Origin: Candidatus Latescibacterota bacterium | Lineage (GTDB): Bacteria; Latescibacterota; UBA2968; UBA8231 | Direction of reading: 5' to 3' | DNA length: 64,000 bases | Assembly: GCA_965215195.1 (NCBI GenBank) | Contig: CBDCDC010000001.1 | Coordinates: forward strand, 672,001-736,000 | Shown here: positions 20,028-32,293 of the stretch, one piece after another | Position numbering within the stretch: position 1 is the first letter of the stretch | How the letters are laid out: every line of letters starts with the position of its first letter | Position numbers and translations under genes: made by a program | Notes under the pieces: generated by a model | The model's input: only the letters and a program-made list of their open reading frames with translations | Told to the model about the DNA's origin: nothing | Databases searched by the model: none

Positions 20028-21965
20028 TTAGTACGCAACCCCCACCGCACCGAGGCGGGTGAATTGCTCGCGCTCGGCGTCGGCGGTCACTTGGGCGAGG
20101 TAGAGCCCCGCGGGAACCGGGTTGCCGCTGTCGTCGCGCCCGTCCCATTCATAGGCAAAAGAGCCGCTGCCGCGCGCACCGGCAAACAAGGTGCGCACCC
20201 GCTGGCCTCCAAGCGAGAAAATCCGCACGGCCAACTGGACGGGCTGCTGGAGCTGGACCAAGGTACAGGAAATGCGCACGCGATCGTTGACCCCGTCGCC
20301 ATTGGGCGTCATCACGGCTGGCTGCACTGCAAAGAGCGGGAGCAGGTTGCGCGCCGAAGCGGCCGTGGTCAGTACGCGCAAGTCATTGGTCAGGACCGTG
20401 GGGTTGGCGTCGCCGGGCAGGACCTGCTGCGGGGCCTCGTCGCTTTGGGTGTCAAAGACGCGGGCGCGAAAGAACGTGGATTGGACAAAAACTTCGGCGT
20501 CGAACACGACGCGCAGCGCACCCGGCGATTGGTGCGTCAGCCTTTGGCTGGGGAAGAATAGCGTCAGGCTTTCTTCGCCCGCGACGACGCTGTCGGGCGC
20601 GGTGGCGACGGGCGGATCGCCCGCGAACATCTCCCTGAACTGCGGCCTAGCGGGCGTGAAAATCTCCAGAGCGTCAAAGCCCACGTCCGTCTCGCGGATG
20701 TCGGCGCGGATGTCGTACGCAAAGGTCGAGAGCGCGCCGGCCGGCACTCGGGGCTTGTTGCCCAAGGGGCGGGGGGTTTCCAGCGCGGAGATTTCCCCTA
20801 TGAGCTGCTGGGCCAACGGCGGGATGGAGTGCTCAACCACCAGCGAGTTGACCCGGATGCCGTCGAGGATGGAGTGGCTTTCGAGGGCGATTTCGAGCTG
20901 GAAGAAACGACGCGGGCTAGGCAGCTCAATTTGCTGGCCGGACTCGGCAAAGGGCGGCGACCACTCGCTCCAGTTGACTTGATCGTCTTCGACCGGGCCG
21001 CGCACGTTCAGGCCCAGCCGGCCGTAGTCGCCCTCCGACACTTCCTGCACGTCGCCAGTGAAAACATTGACGATTTCGTAGAACACTTGCGGGGTATCGT
21101 CGCGGCCCGTGCGCATGCGAATGGAGACGCGCGCATCGGCCGTTGGCTCGACGTCGATGCGGCCCTCTTGCTGGCGCAAGGTCTCGGCCGTCCACAGCAG
21201 GCGGCTGAAGTTGGCCACTTCGCCCAAGTCGATGATCTTGGAGCGATAGCGCCCTCCCGGGGGAAAACCCGCCCCGTACACCTCGAACTCGGCTATCTCA
21301 AAGGGGTTGGTCGAGGTCACGTTGAGCTGGATGTAGCGGACGAATTGCAGGGGGAAGGGAATTTGCGCCACGCTTTCCGCGGTAAAATCCACCTGGGTCA
21401 GCAGGTTGTACACCGGCAGATTTTCCGGCGTGAAGCTAACGCCATCGCTGACCTGAATTTTATAGCCGCGGATGAAGTCGTCGGCAAAGGGCCGCCCGCG
21501 GCTGTCGGCCCCTTGCGGGCGCGGGAAAAACGAGATGCGATTGACGGGGAGGCGCGTACCCAAGTCAAAGAAAAAGGCCCGGCCCGCTTGCAGCACCCCA
21601 AATTCCTTGAAGCGGTTTTCGCTGGAGGTCTGCACGTCGCCATCGACGAGCGGGGCATTCGTCTGCTTGAAGGGCACGTTGTCCCACACCCGCGCCGCAG
21701 CCACCTCAGTGACGAAATCCAAGGGGAAGCCCTCGGTCCACTTTAGCTGCCGGACGATGTTGTCGTTGGGATTAAAACCCACCAATTGAATGGCCCCGGC
21801 GGCATCGAAGCTGATGGCCGTGGAATTTAGCTCGTCGTCTTTCCAAGAGCGGCCCGCACCGCCCAATTCCCACTGCCGCACCTCGCCGCCGGCCGCGGTG
21901 GCCATGACCAGCACCATAGAAGCACAAACTAGCGATCTGAACGCGCACAAAAGCAATTCCCTCAC
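20028..21965 (-). CDS. Secreted discoidin plus FlgD-Ig domain protein
   Basis: FFFDLG...ISFFPR, LPSPRRFFQ, MTPNGDGVND, WDGRDDSG. Confidence 0.85.
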   Translation of the reverse strand: MRELLLCAFRSLVCASMVLVMATAAGGEVRQWELGGAGRSWKDDELNSTAISFDAAGAIQLVGFNPNDNIVRQLKWTEGFPLDFVTEVAAARVWDNVPFKQTNAPLVDGDVQTSSENRFKEFGVLQAGRAFFFDLGTRLPVNRISFFPRPQGADSRGRPFADDFIRGYKIQVSDGVSFTPENLPVYNLLTQVDFTAESVAQIPFPLQFVRYIQLNVTSTNPFEIAEFEVYGAGFPPGGRYRSKIIDLGEVANFSRLLWTAETLRQQEGRIDVEPTADARVSIRMRTGRDDTPQVFYEIVNVFTGDVQEVSEGDYGRLGLNVRGPVEDDQVNWSEWSPPFAESGQQIELPSPRRFFQLEIALESHSILDGIRVNSLVVEHSIPPLAQQLIGEISALETPRPLGNKPRVPAGALSTFAYDIRADIRETDVGFDALEIFTPARPQFREMFAGDPPVATAPDSVVAGEESLTLFFPSQRLTHQSPGALRVVFDAEVFVQSTFFRARVFDTQSDEAPQQVLPGDANPTVLTNDLRVLTTAASARNLLPLFAVQPAVMTPNGDGVNDRVRISCTLVQLQQPVQLAVRIFSLGGQRVRTLFAGARGSGSFAYEWDGRDDSGNPVPAGLYLAQVTADAEREQFTRLGAVGVAY

Positions 21966-22002
21966 TTTATTGGCGAAATATAGCCCGTTCTCACCCAGAA
22001 CC

Positions 22003-23943
22003 TCAACCCCAGAAAATCACATTGCCGACCATGCCGGTACAGTGATCGACGAACAGAAAAAGCCCCCCTGGCACGATGTGCCCGGCGATCATGCCCATGA
22101 AAAAGGGGCGCGTCTTGCGGTAGAGCGCCACGCCGCCGTAGCGCAGCACCGACACCTTAATCAGCCACGCCAAAAACATGTCGAACCAGAGGTGATCCAT
22201 GATCCCGGTCGGGCCGATGGGGTAGCCGAGGGGATGCAGGGGCCACCAGACATAGTACCAGCGCGCCAGCATCAACAGCAGCATTGCGCCCGCCCCAATC
22301 CCGGTGTTGATCCAACCCCACAGATGCGGCTCGCTCGGCGTGCGAATCAAGCCGGCCGCGTAGTCGTAAAACCCGTGCTTGCCCCCGGGAATTTTTAGGT
22401 TGAGCGCCCCGTACGAATAGCCCAGCTCCACGACCACCCACATTGACGAGACCAGCCCAACGGCCATGGCCAAGAGCATCGTCCAGAACAGCGGCCGTTT
22501 GGACCCGCCGAAGCCCTCGCCCAATTTGAGGCTGTTGGCGGCCGAAGTCATGGCGAAGCTGCGCCCGTTCGTCCAGAAATAGGTCGTCGCCAGCACCACC
22601 AAGCCCTCGACCCCGATGGCCGACGAGCCGACGGCTGAGACCACGATGGCGGCCGGGCCGACCGGGACCGAACCATCCGAAAGCCCTCCTTCGGCGATTA
22701 GGCGAGTAAATCCGACAAAGAGCGCGAAAGCAGTGAAGAGAAAGGCCAAGGTGACCCAGACGGGCAGGCCGGCCAGCGCCAGCCACGCAACCAGCACCGC
22801 GCTGCTGCCCAGCAGGACCAGCACGGCCGTCCGGTAGGAGAGGATTTCGCCGGAGTCATCTACGGTCGGGTCGCCCCACAGGGCCTTGCGCAAGACCGCC
22901 CGCAGGTGCTTGCGGGCCGCGAACAGGCCAAAAAGAAAAAGGACCAGCATCCCGCCCATGGACTGGTGGACGAGGATCGGGTCGATGATCGAGTGCCCGC
23001 CCCCCAGCATCTCCGAACTGGTGACGCCCAGTACGGCGAAGGTGGTGCGCAGGGCATTGGCGAAGAGGTTAAAAAACCACAGGCTGAAGGCGATTTCAGT
23101 CTTGAGAAAGTAGAAAAAGCCCAAGATGTTGAAGCGGAATTTGAATTGCAGTTCGGACAGGTTGTCGAAGATGGGCAGGATGAAGTGGATGGGATCTACA
23201 TTGGTGGCAATGGGCACGGTCTCCGGGAAGTAGTTGTGCAGCCCGTGCAGGGTGCCCCAGATGGCCGGCACGGCAAAGCCGCTCCACATCACCGGGTTTT
23301 TGAAAAACGGGGCCATGCGTTCCCCCCCAGCGTCCTGCTCGGCGAGGGCCATGGGCACCTGGACCAGCGGATAGGTCAGCCGCTCGTGGTCGTTCCACTG
23401 CTTGCGCAGAATGGCCATCGCGGCAATCATCGCCAAGAACAGGGCCCACACAAAAGGGGCCCAGCGCAAGAAAATCGGCAGCCAGTCAAGCCAGGGGATG
23501 GAGCGGCCCTGTTCCAAGCCCTCGTAAAAAGGCCCCATGATCCCTAGATCGCGTGGCTGCAACCAGTCCGCTAGGTGGGGTTGGACGAGCGTGTGCCAGT
23601 CGTTTTCCGGCGTGGCAAAGTAAAAGGGGGTGAGGATCGTGCCGATGAAGCGGCCGGCAAAAAACACCGGCAGGGGCGAGGCCATGACCATCATTATATA
23701 GATGAGCAGGAGCTCGCCGCGGTTTAGCCCGGCTCGCGGATGGACCAGCTTGAGCAGCGGGTTGACCAAGCCGGCGAGGAAGAAGAGCAAGAACAGGGCG
23801 CCGACCGTGCTGGTCCCGAGCGTCATGTACGAGCCGCGCAAATAGAAGACTCCATAGGAGTCGCCCGCAGCCACGAAAAACGTAAACAGGCAACCGAGAA
23901 TCAGGGCCTTGGGCGTGAAGGCACCGGCCGCTGGGGGGCGCAA
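22003..23943 (-). CDS. Multi-pass membrane protein, DUF6785/DUF6784-type (putative transporter)
   Basis: Many TM segments; RKQWNDHERLTYPL, WWPLHPLGY, RPFFMG. Paralog of 63108..64000. Confidence 0.82.
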   Translation of the reverse strand: MRPPAAGAFTPKALILGCLFTFFVAAGDSYGVFYLRGSYMTLGTSTVGALFLLFFLAGLVNPLLKLVHPRAGLNRGELLLIYIMMVMASPLPVFFAGRFIGTILTPFYFATPENDWHTLVQPHLADWLQPRDLGIMGPFYEGLEQGRSIPWLDWLPIFLRWAPFVWALFLAMIAAMAILRKQWNDHERLTYPLVQVPMALAEQDAGGERMAPFFKNPVMWSGFAVPAIWGTLHGLHNYFPETVPIATNVDPIHFILPIFDNLSELQFKFRFNILGFFYFLKTEIAFSLWFFNLFANALRTTFAVLGVTSSEMLGGGHSIIDPILVHQSMGGMLVLFLFGLFAARKHLRAVLRKALWGDPTVDDSGEILSYRTAVLVLLGSSAVLVAWLALAGLPVWVTLAFLFTAFALFVGFTRLIAEGGLSDGSVPVGPAAIVVSAVGSSAIGVEGLVVLATTYFWTNGRSFAMTSAANSLKLGEGFGGSKRPLFWTMLLAMAVGLVSSMWVVVELGYSYGALNLKIPGGKHGFYDYAAGLIRTPSEPHLWGWINTGIGAGAMLLLMLARWYYVWWPLHPLGYPIGPTGIMDHLWFDMFLAWLIKVSVLRYGGVALYRKTRPFFMGMIAGHIVPGGLFLFVDHCTGMVGNVIFWG

Positions 23944-23946
23944 GGA

Positions 23947-26586
23947 CTACACCCCGCCGGTGGCAGCGAAGATGCGGACGAAGACGACCGATTGCTTCTG
24001 GGTCTGCTCGGCGAAGAACTGGCGCTCTAGGAGGAAGCCGGCGTTCATGGTCAGCTCGTACCCTTGATAGGACGACACATTGGTCAGCAGGGCCGAAAAG
24101 ACGAGGCTGCGGAAGTCCTCGACATAGCTCGGCGAGGCCTCGGCCGGGCGCTCGGCGAGGTTCTCGAAGAGGCTGAATTCAACGCCGAAGTCCAAGAGCG
24201 TCTTAGGCAGGAGCGCGTACTGGCCGATAAAGAAAAAGCTCTCGGTCAGTTCGTTGGCCTCCAAACCGGCCAGCGCAGTGGGCGTTTCTCGCTGGTACAT
24301 GCTCTTCCACTTGGGATAGAGGGCGAGCCGGTCGCTGGGGCGGATGGCGTAATCGGCCTTGTTGATCAGGCCCAAAAACGAGCGGTCGCGCTTTAGGCTG
24401 GCCTGCGCGCCGAGCTGGTTGAAGTGCTCGTACTTCAGCTTGCCCTCGACGTTGAGGTTGCGGATGCGAAAGTAGCGAGCCTGCAAGTACAGGGCGTTGA
24501 CAAAGGTATCTTGGTTGTCGAGCGGATCCGCAAAATCCGTCAGGCCGATGGGATCGCGCCAGACGACGCGGTCTTCGGGCAAGGTGTCGGCCACTAGTTT
24601 GGCGTGTTCAAACAGGGCGATGTCCAGCCCGGGATAGGATTTTTCCAAGGTCAGCAGCCCGTAAAACGAGCGGCTCTCGCGGTCGCTGCTCAATTGGTGC
24701 TCGGCGAGCCGGCCGACGGTTAGCCGGGTGCTCTCGGTGATTTTTAATCCCCCGTATGCGTTGTAGCCGCGGTGGTCGCGCTCGTAGGGATAGTCGGGCA
24801 AGCGGTCGTCCTCAAAGCGGTCGATGATCGTATTGTTGTTCATGTCCATGCCAAAGAGAAACTCCGGCGGATCGACCTGATAGCGGAGAAAAGGCTCGAC
24901 GTAATCCGGGCGGCTGTTCTGGTTTTGGTTGAAGTCCGAGATAAAATCGTTGTTCTCGTCTAGCCCGGGGAAAATTTCGGTGTCGCGGCCCAGCGAGCCG
25001 CCCGTGCCGCCAAACCCTTGGCTCTGGCGATAGCGCTGCCAGTCGGTGAAGCGATCTTGGTCGTCGTTGTCATCGACGAATTCAAAGAGGTTTTGCGTCT
25101 CGCTGGCGTAGTCGATGACCCCGCCCGGGTCGGCGATAAAGGCCGTGGTGCTGTAATCGGGGTCTATGGTGAACACCTCGCCGTACGCAAAGAAGGGGTA
25201 GCGCTGGTACGAGGCCGTGACGTAGCCGGCTTCGGCCGTTTCCTCGTGAGCGGGCAGCTTGCGGAAGTTTTGGTTGGGGAAGCGGCGGAAGCGGCGGTTG
25301 ACGGCCCATTCGGCCCGCAGGTCGAAGTGGGCGAGGTTAATAAGCTCCAAGTCCATGCCGATCACCTCGTGCCCGGTCGGCAGGCCGTAGGCAAAGCGCA
25401 CAAAGGTCTGGTTGGACCCATCGGTGATCTCGTCGCGGGCCTCGGCCACTGGCAAGAAGACCTGCTCGCCCCGGGCATTGGTCTGGAGATTGGAGGCGAT
25501 TTCTATGCGGTAGTCGTTGGACACCACCAGCTCGAATTCGAGCTTTTTGGCCTCGCGGAAGGTGCCCACTTTTTCGGTTGGGCTAAAATCGTTGCGAATG
25601 TCGTAGATAAGCTCAATTACGTCCGAGCCGCTCACTTCCAAAATGCCCTCGCGTCGCACGCCGCCGCGCACCAAGGGCGCGATTTCCGGGTGCAGCTCTC
25701 CGTCGATGATCACCTGATCGACGAAAAACGAGGCCCCGGTTTGCTCGGATTCGGGCGAGTCGTCCGCGATGCGGATGATGACCCGCTCGACATTGCCCGT
25801 ATTTTGGGGGCCGGTCAGCAGGCCCTTGAGCGAGTTGTCGCCGAGGCTCAGTTCGCTGCTGGTATTGGACACATTGACCCACGTCAGGCCCAGCTTGGCG
25901 AAGTCGCCCACTTGGGCCACGCCGCGCGCCCCGAGGAGGCGGGTCGTGTTTTCGAGCGTCGAAGACCCGGCCGCCTCGTTGAGCGCGGTAAACCCCGGCG
26001 CGTTGAGCCGCGAGCCGAGGAGGGTCAGCGCGTACTTGTCGGCGAGAAAATCCCACTGCAACCCGTTGAACGTGGGCTTGGAAAAGGTCAGGGGGGTGAG
26101 GGTCGTGCGGATGGCGTCGCCCACCGTCAGGGAGGTGTGGAACTGGCCGTGGCTGGCCGACGAGATGACGAGGCTGTCGAACCAGCGGCCAAAGCGGGTT
26201 CCCTTCAACAGGGCACTGCCCTGGCGCAGGGGGCTGGTTTCGGTCCAGTCGTAGATGACCCAGCCGCGGTTGATGTACTGGCCGAAGAGGTTGTAGTTGC
26301 GGGTGCCTTCGAGCAGGATGTTGACGTAGCGCTCGTAGTTGTCGCGGGCGTAGTTGCTGTATTCCCAGCCGCGCCACTGGTACTCGTAGTACAGATTCTG
26401 CGGCAAGTACCACTTGCGCCGGTTGGGCGCCAAGGCCCCGGGATGGATGCGCACCCCGCGAATCCCCGGTTGCTCAACCGGCCGAAAGCCGGTAGATAGC
26501 TGGGCAAAAGCCTTGGACTCCGAGAGTGCAAACGCGCACCACAACAGCAAGATCGGCCCTCTGCGGCAAAGGGTTGTCAGCCTCAT
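23947..26586 (-). CDS. Large exported hypothetical protein, possible outer-membrane beta-barrel with Asp-rich loops
   Basis: Signal peptide; DDNDDQD, GLDENND, GMDMNNN motifs; alternating beta-strand pattern in the C-terminal third. Confidence 0.75.
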   Translation of the reverse strand: MRLTTLCRRGPILLLWCAFALSESKAFAQLSTGFRPVEQPGIRGVRIHPGALAPNRRKWYLPQNLYYEYQWRGWEYSNYARDNYERYVNILLEGTRNYNLFGQYINRGWVIYDWTETSPLRQGSALLKGTRFGRWFDSLVISSASHGQFHTSLTVGDAIRTTLTPLTFSKPTFNGLQWDFLADKYALTLLGSRLNAPGFTALNEAAGSSTLENTTRLLGARGVAQVGDFAKLGLTWVNVSNTSSELSLGDNSLKGLLTGPQNTGNVERVIIRIADDSPESEQTGASFFVDQVIIDGELHPEIAPLVRGGVRREGILEVSGSDVIELIYDIRNDFSPTEKVGTFREAKKLEFELVVSNDYRIEIASNLQTNARGEQVFLPVAEARDEITDGSNQTFVRFAYGLPTGHEVIGMDLELINLAHFDLRAEWAVNRRFRRFPNQNFRKLPAHEETAEAGYVTASYQRYPFFAYGEVFTIDPDYSTTAFIADPGGVIDYASETQNLFEFVDDNDDQDRFTDWQRYRQSQGFGGTGGSLGRDTEIFPGLDENNDFISDFNQNQNSRPDYVEPFLRYQVDPPEFLFGMDMNNNTIIDRFEDDRLPDYPYERDHRGYNAYGGLKITESTRLTVGRLAEHQLSSDRESRSFYGLLTLEKSYPGLDIALFEHAKLVADTLPEDRVVWRDPIGLTDFADPLDNQDTFVNALYLQARYFRIRNLNVEGKLKYEHFNQLGAQASLKRDRSFLGLINKADYAIRPSDRLALYPKWKSMYQRETPTALAGLEANELTESFFFIGQYALLPKTLLDFGVEFSLFENLAERPAEASPSYVEDFRSLVFSALLTNVSSYQGYELTMNAGFLLERQFFAEQTQKQSVVFVRIFAATGGV

Positions 26587-26867
26587 GATCCATCTCCTAA
26601 TGAGGGGGAAGCCCGCCTAGGCAGCGAGCGCTATCGGTTGACAATATACGCCCCGTTCCCACTGCCTACCAAGTCAGCAGCGCGCTGTCGCCTCCGCCAA
26701 AAACGGCATTCCCTTGCCGCAAATTTGTATCGCCTTTGTTTATTAGTTAATAATTAAAACCACTTCAGCAGCATCGTTTATCCGAAAGGAGGTTGCACAG
26801 CGTGCTGAACGACAGTTTCCACATTCCTTTTTCTTACTTCATCTCTTTCAATCAAGGAGCGTAGCAA

Positions 26868-27779
26868 ATGAGAAAGTTCGGCTTTTTCGCCTCGTCTTTT
26901 GGGCTGGCGTGCCTGCTGAGCACGGCCGCTTTTGCCCACGTAGGCGTTACTGTGTTCTACCCGCAGGTGCCCGATCCGGCGGCCATCACCATCGACGGCA
27001 ACGACGACGATTGGGGTTGGTACGACCCGGCCCTCGCCCTCAATCAGCCCGATTTCTTCGACCGGGCCAGCGATTTCGTCGAGTTGTCGGACTACGATTT
27101 CACCATCCTCAACGGCTGGTCGGCACCGCCGGACAACAAGTGGTACGGCTTTGCGCGTTTTGTCGACGACACCCTCAAGTACGATTCGCCCGTCAAGGAG
27201 TGGTGGAAGGACGACTGCTTGCAGATAACCGTTGATGCCGATCACCTCGGCGGGAATATCCTCGGTTCCGACCTCGAGCAGATCGCCAATGGCCAGCGCT
27301 GGCACGTGCGCATTTTCCCGCCGGCCGGCGAGTCCCTGTTGCCCAATCAGACCTGCTTCTTCTACAGCCAGCTAGAGTTCATCGACTCCCAAGAGTTGCT
27401 GTGGGGCGTGGAGCCGGAGTTTTTCGAGGCCGCGTGGACCGTCCTGCCAGCGGGTGCCGAGAACCTGACGGTTGGGCCGGTAACGTACACCTATGAGTGG
27501 CGGGGTGCCCTGTGGGACATCTGGGGCCTGAGCGAGGCCGAGAGCGTGCGGCACGTGTTTGCCGAGGACGACGTGATTCACCTCGGCTATCGCCCGCTCG
27601 ACGCCGACCGCCCCGGCGGTGGACGCAAACACTCCATGTACATCAACGACGGCAGCCAGTCGCAGGACGTCGACGCTTCGCAGATGCCCGACTTCTGGGC
27701 GCTGGCGGCGCCCGAGACCAGCGTGGAAAACGACACTTGGGGCCACATCAAAAACAGCATGTCCCAACGCCTCAAGTAG
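26868..27779 (+). CDS. Secreted CBM9-like protein with C-terminal sorting-like motif
   Basis: AAGGAG RBS, signal peptide; ITIDGNDDDW, ITVDADHLGG; ends TSVENDTWGHIKNSMSQRLK. Confidence 0.8.
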   Translation: MRKFGFFASSFGLACLLSTAAFAHVGVTVFYPQVPDPAAITIDGNDDDWGWYDPALALNQPDFFDRASDFVELSDYDFTILNGWSAPPDNKWYGFARFVDDTLKYDSPVKEWWKDDCLQITVDADHLGGNILGSDLEQIANGQRWHVRIFPPAGESLLPNQTCFFYSQLEFIDSQELLWGVEPEFFEAAWTVLPAGAENLTVGPVTYTYEWRGALWDIWGLSEAESVRHVFAEDDVIHLGYRPLDADRPGGGRKHSMYINDGSQSQDVDASQMPDFWALAAPETSVENDTWGHIKNSMSQRLK

Positions 27780-27796
27780 CAGTTCGCGGCGCAATC

Positions 27797-27832
27797 ACGA
27801 GGGAGGGGGGCTTTAGGCCTTCTCCCTCGTTT
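27797..27832 (+). terminator. Terminator-like hairpin
   Basis: ACGAGGGAGGGGG...CCTTCTCCCTCGT followed by TT, just after stop 27779. Confidence 0.65.
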
Positions 27833-27961
27833 CGCGTCTGTGCCAGATGTCGAGACGCTTGCAAACCAGATACAGCGGTCACGCGAACTGCTCGGCCCAT
27901 CGCAAGGACAGCCCAGACCACTCAAAGCGGTCTGGGCTGTCGTCGTGTGGAAGCTTATTAA

Positions 27962-28129
27962 GAAGCGGTCTGAAAATTCCGCGAACCGTCCCTTGTGTGC
28001 AGCAAACAATCGAGGAGCGAAGGCGTCTCGCCCGCGAAAAACGCGCCAGCCGAAGGCCGCTTGACCGCTACGCAACGCGGTCCGCCGGGGGTTTGTCACG
28101 CCTAAAGGCGCGGTGAAGCAGACCGCTTC
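27962..28129. mobile_element. MITE of 168 bp with IS5-type ends
   Basis: 11-bp perfect terminal inverted repeats GAAGCGGTCTG/CAGACCGCTTC with TAA on both sides (27959-61, 28130-32); no transposase inside. Confidence 0.7.
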
Positions 28130-28239
28130 TAAGGCCCGGTTTTATGCAGCGGCTCGCCCGGCTACCGGCTAATCCCGGCGGCCAAGAAAAAGGGTTTGAG
28201 TAGCCATTGCAAAGACGGTATTTTGGAAGGAGATCTACT

Positions 28240-28518
28240 GTGAAGCCGTTTACTTGTTTAATCAAAAAAGAAGGCAATCAGTACGCCTCGCTGTGCGTTG
28301 AGTTGGACATCGCCTCTTGTGGAAAAAATAAAAAACAAGCATTGGAAGGCTTGACAGACGCGGCGGAAGCCTATCTCGAGTACATGATTGCTGAGAATCG
28401 CCGCGACGAAATCTATCGGCCCGTGCCCATAGACGAACTCAAAGAATTCTTATTTTCTGGGGACGAGATTTCCGAACAATCGTTTAAGGCGATCCCGCTG
28501 GCCCTCGAACGTGCCTAA
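28240..28518 (+). CDS. hicB: HicB-like antitoxin (no DNA-binding domain)
   Basis: IKKEGNQYASLCVELDIASCGKNKKQALEGLTDAAEAYLE; AAGGAG RBS with GTG start. Confidence 0.82.
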   Translation: MKPFTCLIKKEGNQYASLCVELDIASCGKNKKQALEGLTDAAEAYLEYMIAENRRDEIYRPVPIDELKEFLFSGDEISEQSFKAIPLALERA

Positions 28519-28741
28519 GAACCTGTCCAGCAGGGATGTAGCTTGGATATTGAACCAGATCGGCATACACCTCGCTAGGCGGGGCAAGGAAGATATTTTC
28601 GCGGGAGAGTACGGAGGCCGCAATCGCGTGGTCGTCGTGCCGCGAAACAAGCGCAGTATCCCCCAAGGCACATTGAGCTCGATCTGGCGTCAGGCAGGTA
28701 TCAACCGGAATATGGCCGAACAAATCTGGAACAGGCGATAG
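28511..28741 (+). CDS. hicA: HicA-like toxin, atypical active site
   Basis: LSSRDVAWIL...VVVVP...IPQGTLSSIWRQAG; overlaps hicB; canonical GSH absent. Confidence 0.75.
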   Translation: MPKNLSSRDVAWILNQIGIHLARRGKEDIFAGEYGGRNRVVVVPRNKRSIPQGTLSSIWRQAGINRNMAEQIWNRR

Positions 28742-28800
28742 GAATAGCTACAGTTGATACTTTTGCCGATTCACTCACTTGTTGCATTGAAAGGAAGTAT

Positions 28801-29790
<990 letters not shown>

Positions 29791-29791
29791 C

Positions 29792-30691
29792 GTGAGCGAA
29801 GCCGTCTCCTACCTCCACCCGGAAACCATCTCGCGCCTCGCGCGCCTCGACCTGATTGCGCGCCTCGTGGTCGAGGGCTTTATCACCGGACTGCACCGCA
29901 GCCCGTACCACGGCTTCTCGGTCGAATTCTCCGAGCACCGTCCCTACTTGCCGGGCGATCCCCTGCGCGACCTCGATTGGAAGGCATACGCCAAGTCCGA
30001 CCGCCTGTACGTCAAACAGTACGAGGAGGAGACCAACCTCAAAGCCTATCTGCTGCTCGACGTGTCTGGCTCCATGGACTTTGCGGCCGGCGCACCCCTG
30101 AGCAAATTTCGCTACGCGACCTCCTTGGCGGCCGCGCTGGCGTACCTCATGCTCAAGCAGCGCGACGCGGTCGGCTTGTTGCTCTACCACCACCAGACCG
30201 AGGCGTACGTACCGCCGCGCTCGGTGCAAAGCCACCTCCAAGTCCTCCTCAAAACCATCGACCAAGCGAAGCCGCACAGCGAGACGCACATGGCCCCGGC
30301 CTTCCACGACCTCGCCGAGCGCATCCGCCGCCGCGGCCTCGTCATCGTGCTCTCCGACCTGCTCGACGCGCCCGACCAAGTCCTCGAAGGGCTGCGCCAC
30401 TTCCGCCACCTGCGGCACGAAGTGATCGTCTTCCACCTGCTCGACCCCCGCGAGCGCGACCTCGCCTTCCGCGACCAGACCCGCTTCTACGACCTCGAAG
30501 ACCCAGACCAAACCCTCACCACCCAGCCTTGGCACATCCAGCACGAATACCGCGCACTGATGGACGATCTGATCCAGACCTATCGGCTCGGGTGCGCCGA
30601 GGCCGGCATCGACTACGCCCTGCTCGACACGGCAACCCCCTTTGACGTGGCCCTATCGCGCTACTTGGCGCAGCGCAAAAAAATGGGCTAG
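29792..30691 (+). CDS. DUF58 protein (MoxR partner)
   Basis: GLHRSPYHGFSVEFSEHRPY, DWKAYAK, VKQYEEE, LDVSGSM. Confidence 0.93.
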   Translation: MSEAVSYLHPETISRLARLDLIARLVVEGFITGLHRSPYHGFSVEFSEHRPYLPGDPLRDLDWKAYAKSDRLYVKQYEEETNLKAYLLLDVSGSMDFAAGAPLSKFRYATSLAAALAYLMLKQRDAVGLLLYHHQTEAYVPPRSVQSHLQVLLKTIDQAKPHSETHMAPAFHDLAERIRRRGLVIVLSDLLDAPDQVLEGLRHFRHLRHEVIVFHLLDPRERDLAFRDQTRFYDLEDPDQTLTTQPWHIQHEYRALMDDLIQTYRLGCAEAGIDYALLDTATPFDVALSRYLAQRKKMG

Positions 30692-30707
30692 TCGCTGCCC
30701 GCCCTGA

Positions 30708-30738
30708 AACTTGACTTTTTTGTACAGATTCCTACGTT
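30708..30738 (+). promoter_or_regulatory. Putative sigma-70 promoter of the suf operon overlapping a possible Rrf2/IscR-type box
   Basis: TTGACT-16nt-TACGTT; AAACTTGACT resembles the left half of an IscR type-1 box. Confidence 0.4.
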
Positions 30739-30770
30739 CTTGAGACCGCGCCTAAATACGAGGAGCCACC

Positions 30771-32234
<1,464 letters not shown>

Positions 32235-32293
32235 GTGAGTGCGCGAGGGGCTACGAGGTTGTACGCTACTGGCGATGGCCGAAGGATAAGCCC

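Noticed and set aside
25018-26499. Long antisense ORFs (also 416..1207, 2344..3267, 20829..21746, 54387..55334)
   Set aside because: Shadow frames expected in high-GC coding DNA opposite well-supported genes.
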